From the NCBI GenBank assembly GCA_965213925.1, contig OZ243927.1, positions 4,192,001 through 4,256,000 on the forward strand: DNA of 64,000 nt, read 5' to 3'. Positions 1 through 9,951 of the stretch are shown here, one piece after another; positions within the stretch are counted from its first letter, which is position 1, and every line of letters begins with the position of its first letter. Origin of the DNA: Trueperaceae bacterium (GTDB lineage Bacteria > Deinococcota > Deinococci > Deinococcales > Trueperaceae). The notes beneath the pieces were generated by a model, which saw only the letters and a program-made list of their open reading frames with translations, made no database searches and was not told the origin of the DNA. The position numbers and the translations under genes were made by a program.

Positions 1-356
1 CCGTATTCTGCTAACACGTTCACCATCACCGCTTCTAAGTTGCGCAAGTAGTTGCGCACTTTTCGACCAATCGGCAAAATCGGATAGCCCACGAGCTGCC
101 CCGGTCCGTGGTAGGTCACATCGCCGCCGCGCTCGATGTCGTAGAGCGAAAAGCCCTGCGAAGCTAAGAAAGCTTCGTCCGCCAAGAGGTTGCTGCGCCC
201 GCCCTTCTTGCCGAAGGTGATAACGGGTGGATGCTCGACCAAGAGGAGCGTCGGCGGCGCGTCGCCGCTCGCAACGGCGGCGTGCGTTTGGAGCTGCACG
301 CCCCACGCTTCCTTGTAGTCTAAGCGTCCTAAGTCGCGTACGACGAGCGTTTTCAC
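1..356 (-). CDS. lipB: lipoyl(octanoyl) transferase LipB, 5' part (runs off the window)
   Basis: Manual minus-strand translation from GTG at 356: MKTLVVRDLGRLDYKEAW...LLLVEHPPVITFG...ERGGDVTYHGPGQLVGYPI, the LipB signature. Not in the ORF track. Confidence 0.93.
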   Translation of the reverse strand, partial: MKTLVVRDLGRLDYKEAWGVQLQTHAAVASGDAPPTLLLVEHPPVITFGKKGGRSNLLADEAFLASQGFSLYDIERGGDVTYHGPGQLVGYPILPIGRKVRNYLRNLEAVMVNVLAEY

Positions 357-651
357 CCCTTCATCATAGCACTTCAAGCCTCTTTTTCAGATGCGCCGCG
401 TTGCATTGACTAGGGTGCGGCTCGGCGAAAATCTCACTTCAGTAAGTAAAGAGTGAAGCCCTTATGAAGACCTGCTCATAAGCGCTTGTATTTTTTGTGG
501 TTATGGCTTACACTATCTTTACTGCGAGAGAGCAAATTTCAGAGCTTTTCGTAGCTCGAGCCCAAGCTCGAGAAGTGTTTAGTGATTGAGTGCGCGATAT
601 TGAGATGCAGTATCCAAAAAGCGCTCAGTCAGTTAGGAAGATAGGTAAAAC

Positions 652-888
652 ATGGCAACAGGTAAAGTAAAATGGTTCAGTAACGAAAAAGGCTTCGGCT
701 TCATCGAGCAAGACGACGGCAGCGCCGATGTCTTCTGCCACTTCTCAGCGATCAGCGGCAACGGCTACCGTAGCCTCAACGAAGGCGACGAAGTAGAGTT
801 CGACGTCGAGCAGGGTCAGAAGGGTCTCCAGGCGAAAAACGTCACCGTGACGAACGCCGCACCCGCGCCTGCACGTCAGCGCTACTAA
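652..888 (+). CDS. cold-shock protein (CspA family)
   Basis: [15 protein letters not shown] (RNP1) and VFCHFSAI (RNP2) motifs. Confidence 0.96.
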   Translation: MATGKVKWFSNEKGFGFIEQDDGSADVFCHFSAISGNGYRSLNEGDEVEFDVEQGQKGLQAKNVTVTNAAPAPARQRY

Positions 889-907
889 GCTTTTTCAACG
901 CAACAAC

Positions 908-937
908 AAAAGCGCTCGAGTCTCTCGAGCGCTTTTT
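908..937 (+). terminator. intrinsic terminator, possibly bidirectional
   Basis: AAAAGCGCTCGAG-tct-CTCGAGCGCTTTTT hairpin after the csp stop. Confidence 0.8.
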
Positions 938-1000
938 CCTTTGGGCTTTTCTCGAACTTCTAGCAGCCACGAGAGGTCGCGACCTCTCGTGGCTGCTGTG

Positions 1001-2176
1001 TCAGTCTGCTTGCGCCGCCTCAGCGCCGCCCGTAATCCGGTAAAGCGTCCCCGAAAAGTCCGCGACGTAAACCTCGCCCGCTTCGTCCTCGCCAAACGCG
1101 ACGAGGTTTCGCCCGGTCTCTAAAAGCTTCTCGCTCGACCACGCGCCGTCCTCGCCCTGGGTCGCGCCCCAGAGGTTGCCGCTCACAAAGTCGCCGAAGA
1201 GGTAGACGCCCTCCAAGCTCGGCGCTGCTTCGCCTCGGTAGCGGTAGCCGCCTGTGATGGAGCGCCCCTCGCCCGAAGCGTGGCTATATTCCAGAATAGG
1301 CAGCGTGTAGGGTTCCAACTCGCAACCCGAAAGGTAACAGTGCGCCCCCTCGGTGGGGTTCCAGCCGTAGTTCTCGCCGCCCGCGCTCGAGGCGGGCTGA
1401 AAGTCGATCTCCTCGTAAGCGTTCTGCCCCACATCCCCGATAAAGAGGTCGCCCGTTTCACGGTCGAAGGAGAAGCGCCACGGGTTGCGCAGCCCATACG
1501 CCCAAATCTCCGGCCTCGCGTTCTCGTCGTCCACAAAAGGATTGTCTTCAGGAACGCCGTAGGGGTCATCACCTGTTGCGTCAACGTCGATGCGCAAAAT
1601 TGCGCCTAAGAGCGTACCGGGGTCTTGCCCGTTATTCTCTGGGTCGCCGCTCGAGCCGCCGTCGCCTAGCCCGATATAGAGGTAGCCGTCCGGTCCGAAC
1701 GCCAACTCGCCGCCGTTATGGTTCGAGTAGGGTTGCTCAGCGGTGAGGAGCACGCGCTCGGAGTCTGCGTCGGCCACATTCGGGTCGTCCGAGACGCTGT
1801 ATTCGGCGATGACGGTATCGCCGCTCGTATCCGAATAATGGACGAAAAAGCGCCCGTTCTCCTCGTAGTTCGGGTGAAAGGCGACATCTAAAAACCCGCG
1901 CTCGCTGTTCGTAGCGACCATGTCGCTGAGGTCTAGGAAGGACTCGGGCAAGACTTCGCCGTCTTGAACGATAGCGAGTTCGCCCCCTTTCTGGGTGACG
2001 AAAAGCCGCCCCGAGCCGTCGCCCGCGTGCGTGATGGCGGTGGGTTGGGAGAGGTCGCTGGTTTGGGGCTCGAGCCCAACGCCCTCGCTCACTTGCGCGT
2101 TAGCCGAGGAGTCACACGCCACCAGAACGAATAGAGAGGCGAGTAAAAGGGTCATTTTCCAAGCTGAAAAGTTCAT
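1001..2176 (-). CDS. PQQ-dependent sugar (glucose/sorbosone) dehydrogenase family lipoprotein
   Basis: Lipobox LVAC; ERGFLDVAFHP, NHNGGELAFGPDGYLYIGLGDGG and YGLRNPWRFSFD motifs. Confidence 0.92.
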   Translation of the reverse strand: MNFSAWKMTLLLASLFVLVACDSSANAQVSEGVGLEPQTSDLSQPTAITHAGDGSGRLFVTQKGGELAIVQDGEVLPESFLDLSDMVATNSERGFLDVAFHPNYEENGRFFVHYSDTSGDTVIAEYSVSDDPNVADADSERVLLTAEQPYSNHNGGELAFGPDGYLYIGLGDGGSSGDPENNGQDPGTLLGAILRIDVDATGDDPYGVPEDNPFVDDENARPEIWAYGLRNPWRFSFDRETGDLFIGDVGQNAYEEIDFQPASSAGGENYGWNPTEGAHCYLSGCELEPYTLPILEYSHASGEGRSITGGYRYRGEAAPSLEGVYLFGDFVSGNLWGATQGEDGAWSSEKLLETGRNLVAFGEDEAGEVYVADFSGTLYRITGGAEAAQAD

Positions 2177-2283
2177 AGCTCAGTCTAGCAAGCGTTTGTG
2201 AAACAAAATGCAATGTGGAATCTGGAAGGAGGCGATTGGCTTTTAGCCGTTAGCGATTAGCTAAATTCGCTGGTCGCTAAGCG

Positions 2284-2940
2284 CTAATGACTTGCGGTTT
2301 TTTGAAAGGGTATCCCCTCTTCATCTAGTTCGGGAAAAGGCTCACCTCTTTCCTCTAAAAGCGCCGCTTGGCGCGGGTAGAGCCACCGAAACGCCTGGTT
2401 GTTCATCGCCTCGTCCGAGAGCTTGGGCGCGTCGTAGAGACCTGCTGCCAGCCGCTGCCGCTGCGCCTCGAAGAGAATCACCGCCGTCGCTACCGATACA
2501 TTTAAGGAGGGCACCATGCCGAGCATCGGGATGACGATATGCGCGTCGGCGAGTTCGGCAGCCTCTGCCGACACGCCCTCCTTCTCGTTGCCGAAGAGGA
2601 CGCAGGTCGGCTTTGTATAGTCCACCTTGCGGTAGTCCACCGCCTCGTTTGACAGGTGCGCCGCCAGAAGTTGCATCCCGCCAAGTTCACGCTCGACCTC
2701 TTGCAAGGACGAGAAGACGCGCAAGTTGACCCACTTGTTCGCGCTCGCGCTCGTCTCGTTATAGGTCGGCACGCCGCCCGTCGGGTTGAGCGCGTGCACC
2801 GTGCCGATGCCCACCGCGTCGCCCGTGCGGATCATCGCCGAGAGGTTATGCGGCTTGTAGACGTTCTCCGCTAGAATCGTTAAGTCGGGCTGGCGTTTAC
2901 GCAAGACCGCCATGATTTTTTGATACCGCTCTTTCGTCAC
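2284..2940 (-). CDS. trmH: tRNA (guanosine-18-2'-O)-methyltransferase TrmH
   Basis: SPOUT motifs KPHNLSAMIRT, FGNEKEGVS, IPMLGMVPSLNVSVA; start placed at the GTG 7 nt after a TATGCT -10 box. Confidence 0.93.
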   Translation of the reverse strand: MTKERYQKIMAVLRKRQPDLTILAENVYKPHNLSAMIRTGDAVGIGTVHALNPTGGVPTYNETSASANKWVNLRVFSSLQEVERELGGMQLLAAHLSNEAVDYRKVDYTKPTCVLFGNEKEGVSAEAAELADAHIVIPMLGMVPSLNVSVATAVILFEAQRQRLAAGLYDAPKLSDEAMNNQAFRWLYPRQAALLEERGEPFPELDEEGIPFQKTASH

Positions 2941-3083
2941 ACGTTGTAGCATAGCGGAGAGAAGCGTGTCAGCCAGTCAGCCAGTCAGCTTACGCAAGTT
3001 TTGACTTTGTCAAACCGTTCGTTCCTGCGGAAGCTAAAGCCACCAGCTTGACTGGATTTCAGGGTTCGCGATTGTCAGGTTAC

Positions 3084-3339
3084 TACACCGTTAATTAAGT
3101 TCTGCAACACTGTTGTCACCCTGTTCACGCAGTTAGACGAAGTCCGGCGAAGGCGTAAGGGTCTCGTTTGGCTGCGCCAAAACTTAGTAACTCGCAATCT
3201 CGGCAAGAGGAGTCAGCAAGGTCAGAGATTCTTTCATCAGGCGAAGCCCATCCTGTAAAGGGCTCCACTTCGTGGAGTCTATCCTATAGCTCGCTGTAGG
3301 GTTCAGAATGACACGAGTCATTTTTTACTTGACAATACA
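3084..3339. repeat. MITE/REP-like element family A, expanded copy
   Basis: Reverse-complement blocks match 12523-12689 (TACACCGTTAATTAAGTT, TGTCACCCTG, CGAAGGCGTAAGGGTCTCG, GAGGAGTCAGCAAGGTCAGAGATTCTTTCA, GTTCAGAATGACA). Confidence 0.85.
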
Positions 3340-3450
3340 TTGCGGTTGAACGTTCACCTATGCTGACTCGCTGAGATGCTGCGCGCCCAATATCTCAACA
3401 ACGTCTGACAACGCACTTTGTAAAACGCTCATCATGCTACGTTGCATTTT

Positions 3451-3873
3451 ATGGCTTCAACCGAAAAACCTCTCTACACCGAACTCATCTGCCCTGTACG
3501 CACCTACGATATCGACTCGGCGGGAATCGTCAGCAACATCGTCTACGTGCGTTGGTTGGAGGATTTGCGCTCGGAACTTTTCAAGGACGTGTACTCCTTG
3601 GAGGAGATGGAGCGTACAGGCGTCGTACCTGTCGTTGCCGCGACGAACGTCAACTACAAGCGCTCCGTCACGCTCCTAGAAGAGGTTCATAGTGCGATGT
3701 GGGTTGCGAAGGCGGGACGCAGCAGCCTAACTTTAGATGCAGAGTTCAAGGTAGACGACACGCTCGCCGTGCAAGCGACGCAGACGTGTGTTTTCGTCAA
3801 CTTGCGAGAGAAAAGGGCGACGCCGATTCCTAATAAGGTGCGCGAGAGGCTCGAGCCCGTCGGTGAAGTCTGA
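3451..3873 (+). CDS. acyl-CoA thioesterase (YbgC/FadM hotdog family)
   Basis: VRTYDIDSAGIVSNIVYVRWLE motif. Confidence 0.88.
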   Translation: MASTEKPLYTELICPVRTYDIDSAGIVSNIVYVRWLEDLRSELFKDVYSLEEMERTGVVPVVAATNVNYKRSVTLLEEVHSAMWVAKAGRSSLTLDAEFKVDDTLAVQATQTCVFVNLREKRATPIPNKVRERLEPVGEV

Positions 3874-3907
3874 GATGGATGAGGTCTGAAATGGACAAGA
3901 GCAGAAC

Positions 3908-4576
3908 GTGTCCGTAAGTGAAGTTATCGTCGCCTCGGACGTTGAAGGCACGCTCACGACCGGCGAAACCTGGCGCGCCCTCGGACGCTACTATCAGCAG
4001 AACGAGCAAAGGGGAGCGTACCGCCGCTTCTTCGCCGGGCGAATGCCGGGCTTCGCGCTCATGAAACTCGGTTTGATGGACGAAACGGCGTATAAAACGC
4101 GCTGGATTGAAGACCTAACCCGGTTCTTCGCCAGCATGAACGAGCGTGAACTGGCGCGGGTCGCCGCTTGGGTCGTCGAGCACGAGCTGTGGGCGAAGCG
4201 CCGCCCAGAGGTGGTCGCGGAGCTAGAGCGCCACCGCCAAGCGGGACACACACTCGTCTTAGCGTCGGGTGTGTATCAGCCTATCTTGGAGGTGCTAGCC
4301 GAGAGGTTGGGCGCAGTCGCGGTCGGCACGCCTTTAGAAATGACGCCTGAAGGCGCGGCGACCGGGCGGCTCGTCAGCGAGGTCAATACGGGCGAAGCGA
4401 AGCGGGTGAGGCTCGCGACTTGGCTGGGCAGGCGCACTTTGAGCGTCGCTTACGGTGACACCGAAGCGGACGTGCCGATGCTCGAGGCTGCACAAGAAGC
4501 CGTCGCCGTGCACCCTGACGCCGAACTTGAGGAGGTCGCCAAGGCGAGAGGATGGCGCGTACTGGGCGCGACTTGA
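3908..4576 (+). CDS. HAD-IB family hydrolase (SerB-like)
   Basis: SDVEGTL motif I, LASG motif II, AYGDTEADVPML motif IV. Confidence 0.88.
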   Translation: MSVSEVIVASDVEGTLTTGETWRALGRYYQQNEQRGAYRRFFAGRMPGFALMKLGLMDETAYKTRWIEDLTRFFASMNERELARVAAWVVEHELWAKRRPEVVAELERHRQAGHTLVLASGVYQPILEVLAERLGAVAVGTPLEMTPEGAATGRLVSEVNTGEAKRVRLATWLGRRTLSVAYGDTEADVPMLEAAQEAVAVHPDAELEEVAKARGWRVLGAT

Positions 4577-4853
4577 GAGCGGCACGAACAGTCTTTGAGA
4601 TACCTCAAAAAGTTATATGGGTGAGGAAACAGGGGTAGGTTGAGGTGTGAGGATTCATAAGAGTTCAGGGTTCTCGAGCCCCGAGTCAGCAAACCCACTG
4701 CCGCTGCGGGTCGCCTAAGCACCTCGCTCTTTGTCCACCTTTGGCAGCCTCCTTCGCGATTCTCGAGCAGGCGCATGTTTGGCACATCCGAATCCCAGCA
4801 CAAAAATACAGACCTCCAAAGAGGTCCGTATTAGTAGCGTTGGTCTCTATTTT

Positions 4854-5840
4854 TTACGGCGCGGCGCTTACCACGTCCGCTTCGGAGGTCGAGATTTCCA
4901 CGTTCGCTTCGCGCTCCGCTAAGTAGCGCTCCGCCGCCATCGCCGCCCGCGTGCCTGCGCCGACGCTCGTGCCGAGCTGACGGTACACCTCGTCCGCCAC
5001 GTCGCCCGCGGCAAAGAGCCCTTCGACGTTCGTGTAGATTTCGTCTCGCACGTCGATGTAGCCGCTCTCGCGCAGTTGCACCAAATCCTCTAAATACTTG
5101 GTGTTCGGCACGTGACCGATATAGATAAAGACGCCGTCCGCGCTCAGGACGCTCTCTTCGCCCGTCTCGACGTTCGTCGCACGCACGCCCGTCACTTGGT
5201 CGTCACCTAAGACCTCTTCGACCACCGTGTTCCAAACCCAGTGCATCTTAGGGTTGGCGAAAGCCCGCTTTTGCGCTTCGCCGTTCGCGCGGAGTTCGCC
5301 CCGGCGGTGCACGATGGTGACTTTGTCCGCGAACTTAGTTAGAAACATGCCCTCTTCAACGGCGGCGTCGCCGCCGCCCACCACGATGACCTCTTTGCCG
5401 CGGTAGAAAAAGCCGTCGCAGGTCGCGCAGGTCGAGACGCCGCGCCCGTAAAACTCGTCCTCGCCCGGCACGCCCAAGCGACGCGGGTTCGCGCCCGTCG
5501 CGATAATGACCGCTTTAGCACGGTAGGTCTTGTCGTACCCCTTCACTAAGAAGTCCGCGCCCTGCCGCTCGACGCCCAAAACCTCTTCCATCGCGATTTT
5601 CGCGCCGAACTTCTCCGCTTGGCGCACCATGCGCTGAGACAGCTCGGGACCGCTCACGACCTCGTCGAAACCGGGGTAGTTCTCGACCTCTTGCGTCTGC
5701 GCAATCTGGCCGCCCGGGAGCCCTTTTTCTAAGATGATGGTGTCTAGCTGACCGCGCCCCGCGTAGATGCCCGCCGTGAGCCCCGCTGGACCGCCACCGA
5801 CGATAACGACATCCACGTGTTCATATTGTGTTTGACTCAT
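4854..5840 (-). CDS. trxB: thioredoxin-disulfide reductase
   Basis: GGGPAG FAD motif, CATCDG redox motif, [14 protein letters not shown] motif. Confidence 0.96.
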   Translation of the reverse strand: MSQTQYEHVDVVIVGGGPAGLTAGIYAGRGQLDTIILEKGLPGGQIAQTQEVENYPGFDEVVSGPELSQRMVRQAEKFGAKIAMEEVLGVERQGADFLVKGYDKTYRAKAVIIATGANPRRLGVPGEDEFYGRGVSTCATCDGFFYRGKEVIVVGGGDAAVEEGMFLTKFADKVTIVHRRGELRANGEAQKRAFANPKMHWVWNTVVEEVLGDDQVTGVRATNVETGEESVLSADGVFIYIGHVPNTKYLEDLVQLRESGYIDVRDEIYTNVEGLFAAGDVADEVYRQLGTSVGAGTRAAMAAERYLAEREANVEISTSEADVVSAAP

Positions 5841-6041
5841 GAAAATCCTCCTACACTATTCCGATAGTAGCATCCTGCGACGGCGGAGACTGTACAATAA
5901 AATACCTATAGGGGGTATATTTGGTGCGGTTCACACCTTTACTATTTCAGGGTTCGTGTCGTTTCAAGGACAGACTTTCTTGCGACTGGAACGAACTCCC
6001 GTTCCTCCCTCCTACTTTAGCAGCATCGCCGAGAGGTCTTG

Positions 6042-6690
6042 CTAAGTTTTAGCGTTTAACGTCGCGACGAAGTCCGCTACTTGCTGAGGATTCTCGAGGT
6101 GGATGACGGTCTTGCCCTCCAACCGCTTCAGCTTCTCCAAGATGAGGGGTCGCCGCGTCTTGGGGTAGTTCCAGATGTAGCGGAAGAAGTCTGGGTCGAG
6201 TTTCTCGGGGTTGCCAGGAGCCATGTCGGGGCGCGTGGTGTTGCGGTAGGTGATACGAATTCCGATTGATTCGCTATGTTAGCGAATCAATCCGAGCGGA
6301 TGCGAGAAGGAAAGAACATACGGATGGAGTGTATGGACTATCACCGAGGCTTTTTCTCGGTGATAGGGAATGAAGCGGAATCCGTATGAGCCAGCGTTTG
6401 AGAACGCGGTAGACGCAAAAAAACCTCGGTAGGTCGAGAAAGATCACCGTGTCAGCAGCCCCTATCCGCTCGTTCATGGTGCTGCTGTAGTTACCGTCCA
6501 TCACCCAGCGTTCTCGCGCTAACAACGCTTCATGACGCGCCTCCCATTCGGACGTGGGCGTTTCCGTCCACCCGGCGTTCCAGAAGTGCTGGTCTAGGTG
6601 GATGACAGGTAGGCTGAGCTTCTTGCCGACCTCTTTAGCCAAGGTGGACTTACCCGCGCCACCTGAACCGATGATGGCTACACGCTTCAT
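6042..6690 (-). pseudogene. FlaR/topology-modulation-type P-loop kinase, interrupted by a small element
   Basis: N-half GSGGAGKST...WVMDGNY...DLPR; C-half TYRNTTRPDMAPGNPEKLD. Removing 6254-6389 restores the frame (RWLTYRN). Confidence 0.88.
6254..6386. mobile_element. MITE-like element family B (resembles Deinococcus small non-coding repeats)
   Basis: Terminal inverted repeats TACGAATTCCG / CGGAATCCGTA, TGA duplicated on both sides (6251-6253, 6387-6389), two internal hairpins. Confidence 0.85.
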
Positions 6691-6691
6691 G

Positions 6692-7651
6692 CTAAAAATC
6701 AACCTCTTGTCCCCGCCCTGTCTCGAGCGCGCGCTCATACACCTGCCACGCTGCCACCAAATCCATCCAAGCGAGCCCTACCCCACCATAAATTGTGATT
6801 TGCGACGCCCGTTCGCGCCCCGCTTTCGTCCCCGCGATGACCTCACCGAGTTCAGCGTGAACAGCGGTCTCACCGAGCCCGACATTGCCGAGCGCGCCCA
6901 TCTCCACCGCTGAGCCTCTATCATCACAGACGAACACGCTCTCTTCGATGAGGTCCGCCGAAACCTCCGCTTTGCCGGGCTCATCCGCACCGAGCGTCGC
7001 AACGTGCGCTCCCGCTGAAACCATACCCGAGGTAAGAAAAGGACGTTGCGCCCAGGTTGCACAAACAATTATATCCGCGTCCGAGACGGCTTCGGCGAGC
7101 GAATCAGCGGCGGTGACGCTTGCGCCCGTCACTTCGGCGACGCGCCGTACGAACAGACCCGTCTTAAAGGGAGCCGTGTCGAAAACCCTGACCTGTTCAA
7201 CGCGCCGCACCTCTTTAAGCAATCTCACCCCCTGTTCGCCCTGCGTTCCTGCGCCGATGATGGCGAGGCGGTTCGCGTCGGGTCTCGCCAACACGTCCGC
7301 CGCCACCGTCGCGGCAACTGCCGTGCGCACAGCGGTAAGGTAACTCGACTCCAGCACCGCTAAAAGCTCTCCCGTAGAGAGGTCGTGTAGGTGGACGAGC
7401 CCCCGAATCGCCGGACTTTGCCCTGGGAACTTCGCGTGGACTTTAACGGTGTAGGCGGGAATATCGGGAACGAGACCGGGAAAGAGGACGGTTGCGCTCG
7501 AGCCCTCTTGCGGCAGCGACGACCGCGCTCTTTGGGCGGGCAGGTTACGGCTTAGTGAGTAGGATTTAAACGCCTCTTTCATGGGCCCCAGGAGTGCGGG
7601 AGGCTCGAGCAGCGCCTGCACCTCTTGACGGTTAAGTAGTAAGGTAGACAT
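6692..7651 (-). CDS. ornithine cyclodeaminase/mu-crystallin family protein
   Basis: LTAVRTA, IIGAGTQG, GADEPGKAE, GVGLAWMDL motifs. Confidence 0.9.
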   Translation of the reverse strand: MSTLLLNRQEVQALLEPPALLGPMKEAFKSYSLSRNLPAQRARSSLPQEGSSATVLFPGLVPDIPAYTVKVHAKFPGQSPAIRGLVHLHDLSTGELLAVLESSYLTAVRTAVAATVAADVLARPDANRLAIIGAGTQGEQGVRLLKEVRRVEQVRVFDTAPFKTGLFVRRVAEVTGASVTAADSLAEAVSDADIIVCATWAQRPFLTSGMVSAGAHVATLGADEPGKAEVSADLIEESVFVCDDRGSAVEMGALGNVGLGETAVHAELGEVIAGTKAGRERASQITIYGGVGLAWMDLVAAWQVYERALETGRGQEVDF

Positions 7652-7780
7652 AGCCCCGAGTTTACCCGCCACACTACGCCAAGCACCGCATCAGCCTCTG
7701 CATTGCCTTCCCCACCAAACTTCTCTCACCTTACATGAGGTAATATCCTCCGAATAGCTCGACCAGCAGAAGGGGGCGTC

Positions 7781-8818
7781 ATGAACCGAAACAGCGAAAC
7801 AACCTACCAGCGGCGGCTACTCTACACCGTTTTAGTCGTCGGGCTTTTTGTCGGGCTTGTCCTCTTTGTCTGGCGTGTCGCCGACATCCTTTTGCTCCTC
7901 TTTGTCGGGCTCCTACTCGCCATCTTGCTGCGCACGCTCGCCCGCCCCCTTACGCGCCGCACGCCACTACCAGCGGCCGCGTCACTCGCAGCGGTGATTT
8001 TCTCGCTCGTCGCCCTCTTCGGCGCGGGCGGCTACTTTCTCGCGCCGCAACTCGCGAACCAGATTAGCGGACTCGTACAACAACTTCCCGAGGCGGTGAA
8101 CGAGGTGCAGCGCACAATCAACCAGTACGACTGGGCGGAGCCAGTCCTGAACCGCTTACAGTCCGTGCGGGAGGGAAGCAACTTTCTTTCGCGCATCACC
8201 GGCACCTTTTCCACCACGCTCAACGCGCTTACGCACACGATTTTCATCCTCTTCGTCGGCGTGTTTTTGGCGAGCAACCCCGCGCTCTACCGCGCCGGTT
8301 TCCTCAAGCTCGTTCCCCCGCAAAGGCGCGAACGCGCGGCGGAGGTGACGGATGAGGTCGTGCAGACGCTCCGCGAGTGGCTCTTGGGTCGCTTCGTCTC
8401 GATGGCGGTCATCGGCGTGGTAGCGACGGTCGGGCTGTGGCTCATCGGCGTGCCTTTAGCGCCTTCGCTCGGTATTCTGACCGGGCTTCTGGAATTCATT
8501 CCCGTCATCGGACCCTTCTTCGCCGCCGTGCCCGCGATTCTACTCGCCTTTACGAACGGGTACGGGCAGGTGCTCTGGGTCATCGGGCTCTTTATCGCCA
8601 TCGAGCAGTTGGAGGGCAACCTCTTGGTCCCCTTGGTTCAGCAGCGCACCGTCTCGCTCCCGCCCGCCGTGACGCTCACTTCGGTACTCATCTTCGGGGT
8701 GCTCTTCGGCTTTTTGGGTTTGCTCGTCGCGACGCCTCTCGCAGCCGTGATTCTGGTGCTGGTGAGAAGGCTTTATGTCGAGGATACGTTAGGAGACACA
8801 CCCGAAATAGAAGCGTGA
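7781..8818 (+). CDS. AI-2E family transporter
   Basis: Multi-TM; FIPVIGP, EQLEGNLLVPLVQ, GFLGLLVATPL. Confidence 0.9.
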   Translation: MNRNSETTYQRRLLYTVLVVGLFVGLVLFVWRVADILLLLFVGLLLAILLRTLARPLTRRTPLPAAASLAAVIFSLVALFGAGGYFLAPQLANQISGLVQQLPEAVNEVQRTINQYDWAEPVLNRLQSVREGSNFLSRITGTFSTTLNALTHTIFILFVGVFLASNPALYRAGFLKLVPPQRRERAAEVTDEVVQTLREWLLGRFVSMAVIGVVATVGLWLIGVPLAPSLGILTGLLEFIPVIGPFFAAVPAILLAFTNGYGQVLWVIGLFIAIEQLEGNLLVPLVQQRTVSLPPAVTLTSVLIFGVLFGFLGLLVATPLAAVILVLVRRLYVEDTLGDTPEIEA

Positions 8819-8835
8819 GCCTTACGCATATTCGT

Positions 8836-9438
8836 TCAGTCACGCACCCAATACCAAATACCTTGCGCGTCACGAACCGGTCCCCCCCAATTCCCTTCGC
8901 CGTAGCCGTGTGCGACGAGTGACCTCTTGACCGGGCTCGGCGCTCGCTCGGCGTGAACGCTGCCGGGAAAGGTCATGCGGACGCAAGTACACGCATAGCC
9001 CCGTTCGTGACCGGGGAAAAAAGCGACGGGCTCAAAGCCCACCGCCTGATAGAAGCGAAACCCTGCCGCGTTCTCCTGAGCGCAGAGCACGTAGCCGTTC
9101 GGCTCGAGCTGCGGGCGAACGTGAGCGACGAGCTTAGCGCCGATTCCTCTCCTGTGATGGTCAGGGTCTACGAACATCCAGGTGATTTCTTCGGCTCGCA
9201 CGCCGATGAACCCGACGACCTCTTCGCCGTCAGCAAGCGCAACGAAGATATCGCTCTCGAAAAACGCGCCGTCCTCGTTCACGGCCTGCACCATCTTCAA
9301 GCTGGGGTCGTTCTTGATGAATTCTTCAGGCATAAAGTGCTGAACCTCGAGCGGACGCGCCCCATCGTGAACGCGGCAGACACCCTCCCAATCGCTCTCT
9401 CGGTACGCGCGAATCCGTATTCCGTTCATACGTTCCAT
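8836..9438 (-). CDS. GNAT family N-acetyltransferase
   Basis: MFVDPDHHRRGIGAKL and N...FYQAVGF. Confidence 0.85.
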   Translation of the reverse strand: MERMNGIRIRAYRESDWEGVCRVHDGARPLEVQHFMPEEFIKNDPSLKMVQAVNEDGAFFESDIFVALADGEEVVGFIGVRAEEITWMFVDPDHHRRGIGAKLVAHVRPQLEPNGYVLCAQENAAGFRFYQAVGFEPVAFFPGHERGYACTCVRMTFPGSVHAERAPSPVKRSLVAHGYGEGNWGGPVRDAQGIWYWVRD

Positions 9439-9459
9439 CCTAAACGTTCCAGCGACCCC

Positions 9460-9951
9460 CTACAGAAGCTTCGCCATGCTGTACTCGTGGACGTAGCGCC
9501 CGTTCACCTTGAGACTATTGCGCAGCAATCCTTCAACTACGAAATCCCGCTTGTGATAGAGCGCTAAGCCTGCGCGGTTGTGGGTCATGACGGTGAGTTC
9601 TAGGCGAGTGATATCACGCTCCTGCGCCCACACCTCCGCCTTCTCGAAGAGTGTCGTGCCGACGCCTCGAGCCGCGTAAGCTTGCAAAATCCCGATAACG
9701 ATGTAGGCGCAGTGGCGTTTGCGCCGAGGCTGATAGCCGCGACACGCAAGAAAACCGATGAGCGCTTCATCCTCCTCAGCTACGAAAATCGTTTCGTTCT
9801 CCCCCAAGCTCTCGAGTCTACTGCGCTGCTCCTCTACGTCTAAAGTGCGCTCGCCGGGCTCCAACATCATCAGCGTCGTCTCTTCATCCAACCTCTTACA
9901 GAGCGCTAGAAACGCCTCGGCGTCGTCCGGTTCAATACGCCGAATGGTCAC
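9460..9951 (-). CDS. GNAT family N-acetyltransferase
   Basis: AARGVGTTL, RLELTVMTHNRAGLALY. Confidence 0.9.
   Translation of the reverse strand: MTIRRIEPDDAEAFLALCKRLDEETTLMMLEPGERTLDVEEQRSRLESLGENETIFVAEEDEALIGFLACRGYQPRRKRHCAYIVIGILQAYAARGVGTTLFEKAEVWAQERDITRLELTVMTHNRAGLALYHKRDFVVEGLLRNSLKVNGRYVHEYSMAKLL

Noticed and set aside
4600..4850. Possible 6S-like or other ncRNA between the HAD gene and trxB (ends GGGTTC...GAATCCC can pair)
   Set aside because: I could not build a continuous stem with a central bubble, and no clear promoter is present; it needs an Rfam search
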